Source: Octopus vulgaris (taxonomy: Eukaryota). From it: 64,000 nucleotides of DNA. The DNA lies in contig OX597824.1 of the NCBI GenBank assembly GCA_951406725.2, forward strand, positions 6,200,001 through 6,264,000, written 5' to 3'. Both the position numbers and the translations under genes were made by a program. Shown piece by piece: positions 13,834-28,727 of this stretch; positions within the stretch are counted from its first letter, which is position 1; each line of letters begins with the position of its first letter. The notes beneath the pieces are model-generated. The model had not been told where the DNA came from. It saw nothing but the letters and a program-made list of their open reading frames with translations, and ran no database searches.

Positions 13834-13978
13834 TGTCACGCTGAATCTCCCTCAGAACTACGTTAAGGGTACACATGTCTGTGGAGTGCTCAGCCACTCG
13901 CACGTTAATTTCACGAGCAAACGGTTCCATTGACCGTATCAGCTGGGACCCTCATCGTCGTAACCGACGGAGTGCTCC
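13834..13978 (+). mobile_element. SINE family C (tail type 1), 3' fragment
   Basis: tgtcacgctgaatctccc...gtcgtaaccgacggagtgctcc matches 28171-28317. Confidence 0.85.
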
Positions 13979-14364
13979 TTTAGACACACATTACCCCAAT
14001 CCCTAAATCTCTCCTTTCTGTACATCTAGATCTGCTCTTCATTCTCTCTCCTAGCTATCTATACGATACGACTCTTGATTTTATAATATCTATATATAAA
14101 GACTTCATCTAAATTTAAACTTTGTGCTATTTCATTCTCTCTCACAGGCATTTCTTATAGGACATTTCATACCTGTCTATCCAACATATCATCTTTATAA
14201 TTCCTGTTAGCAAAGGAATCATGTCTAATGGTGAATGAATCATACCAATTGTTTCCCAATCTACTATTCATATTTATATGTATATGTGTGTGTATCTGTT
14301 TGCTTGTGTGTGCGAGTGGTGGATGTTTGTTTTATATATAAATATATACATAAATACATACGTC

Positions 14365-14670
14365 CTACGACTCTACACTCAGAAGTGAAGATGATATATG
14401 TGCGAATGGTCTTGAAGGTCTGCGCACCAAATTTCGGCATTGAAAGCTATACCATTCTCGCGAGAACCACGTATTACTTTAGCTTGGGAATCAAGGGCCC
14501 ACCGCTATTACCCCCATGGCAAAATATCTGATGAGAGATCGCCATGGAGAGATCGGGTGGACACTTTCAAGAAACAGCTTCACCTCCTCCTCCCGTCCGA
14601 GATAAGCCTACATAGCAAGAAAATCACAATAAGAGCAGCACTATCTATATCATTCCATTCACCATTGAAA
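14365..14670 (+). mobile_element. CR1/L2-group LINE ORF2 3' relic
   Basis: MIYVRMVLKVCAPNFGIESYT...SLGIKGP...VDTFKKQLHLLL...IRAALSISFH matches the IIYxWKILEGLVPN...SLxxxGPxLFN...VDxFKxxLDxxL...RAAxSNSL C-terminus of invertebrate CR1-type RTs. Confidence 0.75.
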
Positions 14671-14708
14671 AGGTGATGTATGTATACACACTCACATATA
14701 TATATATT

Positions 14709-14792
<84 letters not shown>

Positions 14793-15385
14793 CATGTGTG
14801 TGTATATATATATATATATGTATGTATGTATATACGTCAGCTCGTATTAAATATACTACCGCAAACTTACCTGTAATTTTTTATGCAAATAATGTCTATT
14901 TACTTTGATACTCATTTATCATTATGTCGGCAAATATGTTTGGAAAATGTAAATAATATAGATATTGATTAATATCGTTATATTTCTTTCCTCATACAAT
15001 ATTTATTTCTACTTAGATGTTTAATAGTGCGTATATTAAATATAATATCATTAACTGGCGTTATTTCCCACGAAAATGGCGTTTCTGAATTATTTAAAGC
15101 ATAAAAATAAATCTATTTCCTAACATCATTATATTTACAACGTTAAATATTTATCATTTAAGTACTCCATACATTGTGAAATGTGTACTTTGTGCATATA
15201 TTACCAATCTTTAGAGCTACCCCACCAACCTCTTACTCAGCACATCTCCATGCCGATCAACGCTTTTCGTTCCTCAGTGTTTTACACAGATAATTCTATT
15301 TCACAGCACTGCTACAAACTCTTCAATTTGTAACAATTTCTATCAGTGCACATACATGTATATGTGTGTGTATTTGTGTGTGATT

Positions 15386-15420
<35 letters not shown>

Positions 15421-15430
15421 TGTCTGTGTA

Positions 15431-15643
15431 CAAAGGCGTGCTTAAAAAATCTAGCTTTCAAGATGTCACGAAACGCCTGCTTGAAGCGCCAACCTTCCGA
15501 GTACTTTTACAGGGCTTAGTTATAACTGAATGATTTTTGCAATAAGTGTGTTGATATGAGAGGTGAAAATGTTGAATAAAATCATAAGTAACTGATCGTC
15601 CTGTATTTTCTGTTACCCAAAGCGAGGAACGTTTCAGCACCCC

Positions 15644-15647
<4 letters not shown>
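15431..15647 (+). mobile_element. Mariner-derived MITE (internal deletion derivative)
   Basis: TA on both sides; imperfect TIRs caaaggcgtgcttaaaaaatctagcttt and aaagcgaggaacgtttcagcaccccctcg; interior retains a transposase C-terminus-like NKCVDMRGENVE*. Confidence 0.8.
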
Positions 15648-15742
<95 letters not shown>

Positions 15743-15799
15743 TATATTATTCTATATTATATTATATTATATTATATTATATTATATTATATTATATTA

Positions 15800-16400
15800 T
15801 ACTGTATAAAGACGAGCATCCATTTCTTTTTATCCAATGCTCAGAACACCCTTTTCAAAATTTTTATATCATTGTCATTTCAAATATTAGCACTACCGCA
15901 ACCACGTAAGTGACCAACTCGACAAATTTGACACCAAATAATAAATGCTTCAGTAATGTTAAGTCTTGCTGTGTTCTGGAACGGCTACTATGTTTCTTTC
16001 ACGACGTAATATTTTTAGTTCCAGCAGACGATCTAGCAGACGATCATAGTCACTTTCCAGCAGACGATCGCAGTCACTTTTCAGTTGAATATACGTTCGA
16101 AATTGTCAGCTTACCTGCCTGACCAGCATATCCCCGAAACTACTATTGCCATTTACTGCTAACACTATTAATATACGATAGACTAATATCCTTGAAAAAG
16201 CTATATCAATAAAGCTTCCTATGTCGATATTTCTCTACACATTTCAGCCGCGAGGTCTTTAATTGAAAGTTCGCATGATGGTCCCGAGCACAACAAAGCA
16301 GCACCTTCTTCAAATTTTGTTCTACGTTTTTTGTGAGATACCTCTTCATGTCCAAGTATGTAGCGTTTGTGTTTAGTTTTTCAGCATACATAAGATTTCA
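15800..16400 (-). mobile_element. Possible pogo/Tigger-like DNA transposon relic
   Basis: End reads ...ctcgtctttatacagta on the minus strand; RDHHANFQLK...VEKY resembles the pogo N-terminal RxYxANFKLKV...AEK; weak. Confidence 0.25.
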
Positions 16401-18407
16401 GTTTCGATGATCAATTGGAGGCCGTCTACTTTGCCATGGGTAAAGAAACAGATATATGGGTAAAGAAATAGATATATAATTTCGGAGTTTTAAATGCCGA
16501 ATAGTTTCTATATAGGGTAATGATGTAACGATGCAATGATTATACGAATAATGACATCTAACATCATCTCCCTTTCATCATAGTTGTATTTCTTATTTGA
16601 ACAGCAACATTTCTAAAACGACTTTTGAGAATCTTCGTTATATATATGAGAGCATATCGTTCTCTTTGACATTCGGTTAAGAGTAGAGGTGTTATAACCT
16701 CTATAGCTAATCAAGCACCCCAAGGCTTCTTCACTTCTTGTTTTGCTAAATGCTTTTAGCAATCTCTTGCATAGTTCGAATGCAACATTTAACGATAACT
16801 TCTGTAAAACATTTACTTCAAATCAAATTGAAGACCAAATTTTAAAGACGGAAACAAAATATCCAAAGTGCGTTTATAATATATTTATGCTGCATTATGG
16901 AGCAGAATATTCTAATCTGTAATTGAAATAAAAAGTTCATGTTATGTAAATATATTTCAATTCATATACGCAAATGATATTCGGCATGTTTGCATATATG
17001 TTTAAGGACGCATGTTCATGAAATGCTGTGATTGTTTTATGTGTGCATTATATCCATAAAATACTGTTCACATGAAGGTTTGATCAATGAAGGTTGCGCT
17101 GTAGTGTTATTTGCTTGGGCCCCATTGCCGTATTCACTTCCAGCCGTGTGACATAATTTGTTTTTGTCAACTTTGGAGTTAATACGATATCTGCATGTTA
17201 TTTTTAATAAAGTTTAGATGAATAGAGTTTTCATTCGATTCTTTATACCTGAATTTATATATTTGCCTTAGAAAACACGACTTGAAACTGAAAACAGTTT
17301 GTGTTGTATATTCATATAAACTTTGCAATATCTAAATAGATAATCGTTTATCCCTTCATTAGTCATGTGTTACACCATTTTGAAAACAAATATTCATTTT
17401 GTGGATAGACTCTATCTCTGTGTGTGTTCAGTGGAAGACGATTCGGGGCTTCATAGCCTCAAATCCCTTCATAAACTGGATGAATAAAGTTGTCGTATGA
17501 GTGAAAAAAAATATTTTAACCGTAACAAAGGTTTAAAATCTATTTTCTGGCTCCAAAGATATCGAAGTTTGCATGGCTCTAAAGCTATCTCCATGTTCCT
17601 GAATAAAATGAATAAATGAATTTATTGTTCAATATACCTTGATTTCCAACTGCGATTCGATATTACATTAGTTCTTTCTGTATTTCTCGACTTCTTTCTA
17701 AAAAAAGCTAGTTTTAATTAATCTTAATTTCCTATGCTTTACGAGCCATTAGCTCATTAAACCAGAGATTATCCCAGTTCTTATGGTTTATAAGCAGCCG
17801 GGTTTGCTGTGGTATTACCTGAACGGGGAGCCACTTCATCGCAGAATTAACCCCTACCCCTTAATAATACTAGTTTTAATTAGATATTTCGCTACTATAC
17901 GTCTACTCTTATAAATTTGTATATTCATATTCCAACTCTTTATATTCTGACTTTAAATCCGGCCAGTCCATGAAATAAATCAGTGCGTCCATGTAATCGA
18001 GTGATTCCTAGTGCTCAAGATTGCCGCAATGTTAACTAAATTAGAACAAATTATGCTGTATATTGCTCGGCAATATTGAAGATGGAAACCCTAGAGTCCT
18101 ACATTAAATGCTTGGTCGTAATTCATGATTAGGGGTAGGCTTCAATTTCAAATCGCACTTAGAGTGACATGACCTTCCATGTCTGTATAATGTTGGGATA
18201 AGTTAAGACGTACATGTCAGAATCGATTCAACTGTTCATACATCGAAGTCTAGGTAGACATGTACTTTTCTAGATGTCACAAGTAATCATAACTCTATGC
18301 AAGTTCGCATAAGTTCCATTTTAGGTTACCTTCAAACCTATTGTGAAAACCCTTCTTACCTTATTACACATACGCGAGACGGTGTTGCATATCCCGTTTC
18401 ATACATG

Positions 18408-18715
18408 GGCGCAGGCGTAGCGGTTCAGTAAGAAGTTTGCTTCCCAACAATATATTTCCTGGTTCACTTTCATTCCATGTACCTATTCATATGTATGTGC
18501 ATATTTATGCGTGTGTCTTTGTGCTTAAAGTTGTTCCCACAACCGCCCGGCAACCGCTATTGGTTTGTTTACGACCTGGAAAAAGAGTTCGATAGAAGAA
18601 GTACCCGGCTTCTACGAATATGTACCGAGGGTCGACTAGTTCGACCGAATCCCTTCAACGCAGTGTCCCAGTATGGCCATACTCTAGTGATTGAAACAAA
18701 CAGAATACAAAAGAT
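18408..18715 (+). mobile_element. SINE family A, diverged copy with internal deletion
   Basis: ggcgcaggcgtagcggttcagtaagaagtttgcttccc...gtgtcccagtatggcc...gattgaaacaa. Confidence 0.7.
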
Positions 18716-19140
18716 GAGATACCACAAATAGGAATGGTTATAATATTCAAATAATTGTTAGACACCCTACATGACAGCAGACAGTCCGAACACACTGCGT
18801 TTATGGCTTGTGTGCAAAAAAACAAACAAACATGAATACATCTCTTTCATCAATATTGATTGAACATCCACGTTTGTTATGTATCACTAATTTTCACTAT
18901 ATTACTTTGTGCATTATAAATAAAATTATAACATGGCGTAAATTAAAGAATATGGTTTTTATTGATGTCTATTGAGAACTCGTTATGGTTTTGTTTAAGC
19001 TCTTTCAACATCCCTTTCAAACACGTCTACTGATTCGTATGTTATGTTATAAATATTTTCTCTAGAGACTAAAAACAAATGAAAATTTGATAATTTGAGA
19101 TTCTAAAATAAAATCATATACATATCATCGGTCAGGATAA

Positions 19141-19880
<740 letters not shown>

Positions 19881-20220
19881 AGATATATAAATAATGATTT
19901 TGATATTTTGTCGTTGTTTAATTTGCTGAAAGTGTAGGTAGTAAAAAACTATGTAATTTAGATATCACGGAATTTATCTCCTTTGGGAAAATGAGTGGTT
20001 TTTTTAATATTCTTTGGTTTGAGGTACTAAATGAGTAAATATATGAGTATATTGTGAATGTGTGTATGAATAATTAAATAAGCAAAAAAATTCAGACGTA
20101 ATACACATGCACACGCCCGCACGCACACACACACATGTAGGAGATTACGATATATGTAAGTAGAAAGGTAAGTAGTCACATATATCGACAGTCAGATAGA
20201 TTTATGGATTGATTTGCAGA

Positions 20221-20412
<192 letters not shown>

Positions 20413-20968
20413 GACAGTAAAATACACGCCATGTAGAGAAAGTATTTCCACGTAATCTTACTCCGAATCGTTGCAAGTAATTTCTCCATTCAGCGAATAA
20501 TGTTGAATTAGTATATTCCACAGAAATAGTTTGTGTATTTCAGGAAATGAAATTTCTAGTAAATAATAAAATGAATCGATATTTCAGTTTATTACTTCAT
20601 ACATTTATCTGCCACATTTATTTAGAATACGAGCACAACTGCGTAAGTTAACATCTGACATTATGCAAGTCCGTGCTTTCACAAAATAATATTTCTTCAG
20701 GTAAAAACCTTCTGCATATTTGCAGGTGATAAATTTCATAAACCATATCAACATATGATTCTTATTTTCTTATCCTTTCAATTAACGCATTAGCGGCCAT
20801 GGTCCCTTTTTTAGGACCAGAAGGATAATCCATCACATTTCTGCAACACTTGTATTTTTCTGAGATAACTTTAGTTAGTTATCAACACTGGAGTCTATTT
20901 TTAAATATTGGAATAATTTTTTATGTATATTTAGTATTAACTAAAGTTGTATAAAAAACGTTATTTGG

Positions 20969-21393
20969 TACTCTTTTACTTGTTTCAGTCATTTTGACTG
21001 TGACCGTGCTGGAGCACCGCCTTTAGTCGAGCAAATCGACCCCAGGATTTATTCTTTGTAAGCTTGGTACTTATTCTTTCTTTTTCTTTTGCCGAACCGC
21101 TAAGTTACAGGGACCTAAACGCACCAGCATCGGTTGTCAAGCGATGTTGGGGGGACAAACACAGACACACAAACATACACACACACACACATACACACAC
21201 ACACATATATATATATATAAATATATATACGACGGGCTTCTTTCAGTTTCCGTCTACCAAAGCCATTAACAAGGCTTTGGTCGGCCCGAGGCTAAAGCAG
21301 AAGCCTCTTCCGCAATGTGCCACGCAATGGGACTGAATCCAGAACCATGTGGTTGGTAAGCAAGCTACTTACCACACAGCCACTCCTACGTCT
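20969..21393 (-). mobile_element. SINE family A, full length
   Basis: Reverse complement of 1629-2062. Confidence 0.92.
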
Positions 21394-21857
21394 AAAATAA
21401 ATAAAATAATTGGGAACGAATGGGTTAAATAGGTTTTATCCAACCCCACCTGTCCGGCGCCCTTCAATTCTCTTCTGCAGTCATCGGGTTGAATCAGCCT
21501 CACTAGAATCTTAAAAATATCGATCTTGCTTGCCTCGGAGGGCATGGAAATGCGATGGTTCTGCCGGTGCCTCCAGTCTAGAGGAAATAAAAACCTTCTT
21601 ATGATATTATGAAATATAGACAGTGAGAAGAGAACAGGTTTATGTATAGAATATTGGGAAAAACTATGTATTTACATGTATTTAAATGTATCAAAAGCAG
21701 CAGGAATGGCAGCGTTAACAGAAAAATGAAGGACATGACAATTTGTCAAACTGTGAACACGCCATTGTATTTTAATCGCGAACATATCTGCACGCAATGC
21801 AAATCATGTGGAATTTGCATGGATTCATACACGCACGCTTATATATTTATATATATT

Positions 21858-21939
<82 letters not shown>

Positions 21940-22180
21940 AACACTCATGCACATGTACACACACGGACAATATACATGATAGAAACATGCACATTTATGG
22001 ATTTATAAAGAAGACAGCGTAAATTTGAACTGAAATAAATGGAATCACTAAGAAGCTTCACTGAAAGTTAAACGGAATGGAAATGTGTTTACAATGATTC
22101 AGCTACATGAAATACTGTAATATTTAAATTTATTTAATTTCTCTCTGTCTGTCCCTGCGTCTCTTTGTCAATCTCCCCTT

Positions 22181-22227
<47 letters not shown>

Positions 22228-22229
<2 letters not shown>

Positions 22230-22627
22230 CGCAGGAGTGGCTGTGTGGTAAGTAGCTTGCTTACCAAACACATGGTTGTGGGTACAGTCCCACTGCGTGG
22301 AACCTTGGGCAAGTGTCTTCTGCTATAGCCCCGGGCCGACCAATGCCTTGTGAGTGGATTTGGTAGACGGAAACTGAAAGAAGCCCGTCGTATATATGTA
22401 TATATATATATATGTGTGTGTGTGTTTGTGTGTCTGTGTTTGTCCCCCCTAGCATTGCTTGACAACCGATGCTGGTGTGTTTACGTCCCCGTCACTTAGC
22501 GGTTCGGCAAAAGAGACCGATAGAATAAGTACTGGGCTTACAAAGAATAAGTCCCTGGGGTCGAAATGCTCGACTAAAGGCGGTGCTCCAGCATGGCCGC
22601 AGTCAAATGACTGAAACAAGTAAAAGA

Positions 22628-22628
<1 letters not shown>
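22228..22628 (+). mobile_element. SINE family A, full length, flanked by (TA)n
   Basis: Near-identical to the other copies; (TA)n on both sides. Confidence 0.93.
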
Positions 22629-22674
<46 letters not shown>

Positions 22675-22676
<2 letters not shown>

Positions 22677-23005
22677 TATTTATTTATTTATTTATTTATG
22701 CGTCCATTTCAAGCCTGGCCAGGCTGATGGGCTCGGTTTCCCGGTTTCTGCGGCGTTTGTGTCCCCCCCCCCGAGCTTGAGGGACGCCAGTCCATCACTG
22801 CGTTACTCAAGAAACAGGAAGAAAGATTGAGAAAAACGTAGGGTGAAATATTACAACAGGGGGTGCCACCACCACCCCTGCCGGAGGCTCGTGGTGCTGT
22901 TTTAGGTGTTTTCGCTCAACAAACACACACAACGCCCGGTCTGGGAATCGGCACCGCGATCCTCCGACCGTGAGTCCGCTGAACTAACCACTGGGCCATT
23001 GCGCC
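22675..23005 (-). mobile_element. SINE family C (tail type 2, V-domain-like)
   Basis: Head ggcgcaatggcccagtggttag shared with 27934; tail gatggactggcgtccc...gaaaccgggaaaccg...(TAAA)n. Confidence 0.88.
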
Positions 23006-23012
23006 TACACAC

Positions 23013-23072
<60 letters not shown>

Positions 23073-25463
23073 GCGTAAATATATATATGTATACACACTC
23101 ACATATATAATTTACACATGCACTCATGTTGAGTAACTCCTTTGATTCAAAGTGTTTATATTTCTCGTCCTTGTTTCAAAATAAAGATTATTGTTCAGCT
23201 GCCATCAGTTATCTGTTTCTTCCGACAAGATTCACTTTTATACCAATCGTTGGAATATGGCCACATATTGTCATAATTAAAGCTAGATGCAAACTTAACC
23301 AATACGCTTACAAACTTCGTTGTACTAGTTGATTACGAGCAGTTTGTCGCAATCTTCCAAAGTCATCTTCTATCCATTCTAAAATAAAATGACAAAAGTG
23401 AACTAAATATAAAATGCAACTGTACTTTAACTATTGATACAAAATTGTGATGTGTATTAACCGGCAATTCGAAGAAACTTTTAGGTGTAATTGACTTTTA
23501 GTGTAATTGCACAAAGCGAGAAAAAGCACTCAAGGACTGAATTTCGTTGTGTTTCGTCTCATACAACCTGTTTCAGATCCATTTATATATTAGTACCGTC
23601 CATTCCTGCAGAGATAGTTGATTATAAAGGTACTGTGTATTCAATTTATTTGGATTACAAAAGCAATAATGTGGGAAATGTGATATTTATTCTACAGTAG
23701 TTTGTCTCATAAAACTAAAACATCGCTAACGGCTTTGCAAATTATCAGTCGAAACAGTTGTCAACAATGCGTTATTTATGCAAATTTGGCTAATAAAATC
23801 TTGTAGGGGCCTCTATATAAAAGTGATAGGCAGGTGTTTAGTTGCTGAGCATGTTGCAATATGGGAATGAATCCGATCCAACTGATCTGTCGTTTACTGG
23901 CCACCAACCATTGATATAAACGACAGTTGTTTACGACATTTTACTGCAAATTTATTGGGCTTAATTTCACGAACCAATTTTGGCATAAACCATTGATTTC
24001 ATCTTCAGTACATTGCGGTATCAAAAGGAATCCTCTTCCGGCGACAGAATTCTCACGTGTATTACAAAGAAAAGATTGACAGAGAGTTCGAAGATTCTTC
24101 ACTATCACCCTTTTATCTTTAAACGTTTCATAATGCTATAAATAAAAACCCGACCAAACATTCTGCAATGTCGAAAGCATATAGATTATTCTACCCCATA
24201 TTTGATGTTATTTTACCAAACATAAAATATTTCTAGTAATGAAAAAGTTGAACTTTTATTCAAATTTTATTTCTCTGCGTTATGCTGACAACCTTTAATT
24301 TAAATAAGAAATCTGAGCAAATATAAACGGATGTATTCTTCAAATGGAACATATCTGCAAGATATATAGCATTCGAATAAAAGCAAATATGAGCCAACGC
24401 ATTTTAAATTTCAGCTACATTATATGGTTGGATGTCACATTTTTAATTTCACTTCCATTGAATATGAAGCATTCAGAATAATACACTGGTTACTTTAAAA
24501 GTTGATGATAATGGCGATTTTGCTTATTATGCTATAAAACTATATACAATCCTTAGGGAATGAAACAGCTGGCATTGTATTCAATATTGAAACACTTGTC
24601 GTTCTGAAGGGAAATGTGTTCGCTTTTATTTAGTGTCCTGGTTCAATACTTCGGTCCAATTTTCTTCACAAATTGGAATGGCAAAGAAAGCAATTAAAAT
24701 TAGGAGTAATATTTATCCGTCTAGAGAACACAAAGATAAACAGGAATAGAAACACATCAATGAGTGAAATGAAGACAGAATGCCAAGTGATACACAATTA
24801 ACGAAACACGGCAAACCATCAGTGGCAATGGCTGACTTCGTACGATAACCTGTGGAGACGGTAAGAAGTTTCGCAAATTGATTTCCAATGAATTTAATTT
24901 CAGTATTGTCAAGTATCTATTATGGCTGCAAGGCGAAATCTGAATATACTGTATGTTAAAATAAACGAAAGGCTGTGTAGATTACACATTTTTTTAATGT
25001 ATTTGATTAAGCATTCATTAATTTTCTAGTTAGAATTACAAAGAGACGCTTATTTTATTTTTTACATTTGCGATAAATTACAATAACTGTTCATTAAATA
25101 TTCACCAAAGTTGTTCTTTTATCTCTTCGATAATATTCAAGATCGCGAAATAAAATCTTAGAGGGACGAAAAGCGTTTTAATAAAAGAAAAAATTGCTTC
25201 AAGCTAGAAAATAAGGGTTTTGCAGACCGAAATTTCTTAAATATTGCATGTTAGAATGTTCAGGTGTGGGATGTAATATTACTTTCGAAAGGGAACGTCA
25301 TGTAAACATTATGTTTATTTATACATGGAAAGGTCGAAATAAGGAAATATTCTTATGCTTAACATTGATTAATCTTAATGTGTTACACTATTAGTACAAG
25401 AGTAGACGCAGTGACTATACATACTAGTTCACTAGTATACATACACATGCACACACACAGACG

Positions 25464-25500
<37 letters not shown>

Positions 25501-26145
25501 ATTTATATATTCATATGCATTTATCTATGCACAAAGAGGGAAAGAGGATGAGAATAGTACACACTCATGCATATATACATATACACATATGCACACATAC
25601 ATCTAAATCCTTTGTGCCTCTAATATGTATTGCACAAATTGTAACCGACATACAGTACGTATTTCTTCCTCTGCAGTTAAGCACCCAAGAGTTCAGAGGT
25701 GACTCGAATGCAATTGGACGCTATTACAAACGTGCTGCCGTTAATCTGTTCGGTTAGAAAATGGAAAACTGATGAATGTTCGAATAATATTTGCTGTTTG
25801 CCAAACAGGTTATTATTCCGACACAATACAAACGCCTAATGTCATTAGGTAACATCTCCCATAGCAATTCAGTAACATCTCAGCAAGAATTGTGAAATTA
25901 ACAAACAGGGAGGACAGCCATCTTGGGGCTTTGTTATCTCGTGAAGAGAAGTAGTGGAATGTTTTGTTTAATATATTCTCTCACAAAGATGATGACAGCA
26001 TTTTGGGCACAGGAGAAAAATATATGGACTTCATTTATATTTCTAGCTTGCTTCTTTTTCGCCAGTAAAATGAAACCGGAACAAACAAAATAAGTATATT
26101 TCTTAGCAAAACGACTGCACTGACATGCAGTTTATACCTACATAC

Positions 26146-26207
<62 letters not shown>

Positions 26208-26331
26208 ATATATACATATACACACGCACACATTACATACACACACACATATATATATATGATATATAATATATTAAATTACCAGTATATATATATATAT
26301 TTATATATAATAAATCCGAAGATTAAAATTT

Positions 26332-26890
26332 TTAATCAATTAAAACCAGTAGCCAACATATTTTTAAAAATCGAAGATTAAAATTTTTTTACATACAAAA
26401 TTTAGAGGACTGTTCACTAAAAGACGTCAAGTTGCCGTTTTCCACGAAGAATGTGTTCTCAAGAAAAAAACTCAGCAAAAAACCAAAGTGTAAAAATAAG
26501 CAAGACAAATGAAAATATACAAAGTACTAATTATGTACTAATTAGTTTCACTTATTAATACTTACGTATTTGAACACGTAAACATCTGCAAGATCATTAG
26601 CATAGTCTGTCGCTTACAAAACACAATTTCCAGAACTAGATACAGAACGCTCAACCGAAATCCAGCATATATAAAGTTCTACAAATTATATTTATGTATA
26701 TCTTTCAAATGTTTTCACTTTGGCGCGCTGAGATCGGAAGTTACTTCGTGGAAAATGGCGACTTGACGTCTATATTTAGCATACAGGCTGTCCACTTTTA
26801 GTGATCAGTCCTCTAAATTTTGTATGTAAAAAAAATTTTAATCTTCGGATTTTTTAAAAATATGCTAGGCTACTGGTTTTAATTGATTAA
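26332..26890. mobile_element. Fold-back inverted-repeat structure with Tc1/mariner-like MITE ends
   Basis: 26332-26449 is the reverse complement of 26744-26890 (the right arm has about 25 extra bp including ta|caggctgtcc); the right arm is duplicated again at 27109-27256. Confidence 0.8.
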
Positions 26891-26912
26891 TATCAATTTC
26901 TACCCTTACTTA

Positions 26913-26960
<48 letters not shown>

Positions 26961-26982
26961 TCATATATATATATATAATATA

Positions 26983-27060
<78 letters not shown>

Positions 27061-27514
27061 CATGTGTGTGTGTATATGTATATATATATACGCACACACA
27101 CACACACATCTATATCTAGCATACAGGCTGTCCACTTTTAGTGATCAGTCTTCTAAATTTTGTATGTAAAAAATATTTCAGTCTTCGGATATTTTTAAAA
27201 TATGCTAGGCCACTGGTTTTAATTGATTAATATCAATTTCTACCCTTATTTAATTTTAAATAAAAAAAAATTCTCCAACCGGTAAATTGACTGGTGTAGT
27301 TTATTAACTGCAGAGTAATTTATAACCACTTTCCTTCTCCTCTTGACCGAAAATATTTCCCCACCCTCTCCCTCCAAATTATCTTTCCTCCATGAGCACC
27401 CTGCACAGGGATATAGTTTAGGTAAATAGATAGTTCTTGCACTAAATCGGTTGACGTAAATAAACGCCGAACGTTATCTCACACTGAGTGCTGAACCCAA
27501 TAAGCGCGATTACC

Positions 27515-27739
27515 TATTTCTTTACTACCCACAAGGGGCTAAACACAGAGAGGACAAACAAGGACAAACGGTTTAAGTCGATTGCATCGACCCCAGTGCG
27601 TAACTGGTACTTAATTTATCGACCCCGAAAGTATGAAAGGCCAAGTCGGCCTTGGCGGAATTTGAACTCAGAACGTAACGGCAGACGAAATACGGCTACG
27701 CATTTCGCCCGGCGTGCTAACGTTTCTGCCAACTCGCCG
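27515..27739 (-). mobile_element. SINE family B (tRNA-derived, Meta/MESC-like domain)
   Basis: 13-bp TSD aagcgcgattacc (27502-27514 and 27740-27752); B box gagttcaaattcc; gcctttcat..tttcggggtcgataaattaagtaccag domain. Confidence 0.92.
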
Positions 27740-27933
27740 AAGCGCGATTACCGTTGCTGCATGCAGGCAACCGAACGAATCACCTCCATAAACTGGTTAA
27801 AGCGGTTGGTGCAAATATACAACGAACCATTGTCGGACGGTAATTGCTGATCTCAGCCGTTATGATTACCGTCGATGCACTTAGTTGATTGCCAAAAAAA
27901 AACCTGTTGTCATGGAGTGAATGCTAAAATAAT

Positions 27934-28318
27934 GTGGAGGCGCAATGGCCGAGTGGTTAGGGCAGCGGACTCGTGGTCATAGGATCGCGGTTTCGATTCC
28001 CAGACCGGGCGTTGGGAGTGTTTATTGAGCGAAAACACCTAAAGCTCCACGAGGCTCCGGCAGGGGATGGTGGTGGTCCCTGCTGTACTCTTTCACCACA
28101 ACTTTCTCTCACTCTTACTTCCTGCTTCTGTTGTACCTGTATTTCAAAGGGCCGGCCTTGTCACTCTCTGTGTCACGCTGAATATCCCCGAGAACTACGT
28201 TAAGGGTACACGTGTCTGTGGAGTGCTCAACCACTTACACGGTAATTTCACGAGCAGGCTGTTCCGTTGATTCGGATCAACCGGAACCCTCGTCGTCGTA
28301 ACCGACAGAGTGCTTCCG
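27934..28318 (+). mobile_element. SINE family C (tail type 1), full length
   Basis: A box tggccgagtggt, B box ggtttcgattccc; 12-bp TSD tgctaaaataat (27922-27933 and 28319-28330). Confidence 0.93.
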
Positions 28319-28617
28319 TGCTAAAATAATACGGTGGGTGATACTTTTCAAGAGAAGAATGGCACCAATGACTCGGTAAATCAATTCCAGCTTTGACCTA
28401 TTTTATAGAGAATCTAGTAGGATAGAAACTCCGCAAAAGTTTGTGACTCATACATACAAACACATATATAAGCATACGCACACGTGTGTGTGTATGTATC
28501 TGTGCCTGTGTTTCTGTTTATTATCAGATGAGATGGTTATATTGATCCTAGTATTTGACTATTTGATTTGTAGATTATGTTATTGGCCTCAGAGGGACGC
28601 CAATCAAATTCTTCTTC

Positions 28618-28723
28618 TTTGGGGTCGATAAATTAAGTACCAGTTGCGTACTGGGGTCGATCTTATCGATTGGCCCCCTCCCCCAAAATCCCGGGCCTTG
28701 TACCTAGAGTAGAAAAGATTATT
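28618..28723 (+). mobile_element. SINE family B 3' fragment (alternative tail), fused to U2
   Basis: ggggtcgataaattaagtaccagttgcgtactggggtcgatc...gccttgtacctagagtagaaaagattatt matches 35200-35312. Confidence 0.88.
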
Positions 28724-28727
28724 GTTT

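Noticed and set aside
23778-23823. Octamer ATGCAAAT plus TATATAAAAG as a promoter
   Set aside because: Such motifs are frequent by chance in AT-rich DNA; no supportable downstream ORF or RNA gene
27934-28010. tRNA gene-like sequence (also at 55244 and 22935-23005)
   Set aside because: SINE heads continuous with SINE bodies and TSDs; no complete acceptor stem or terminator
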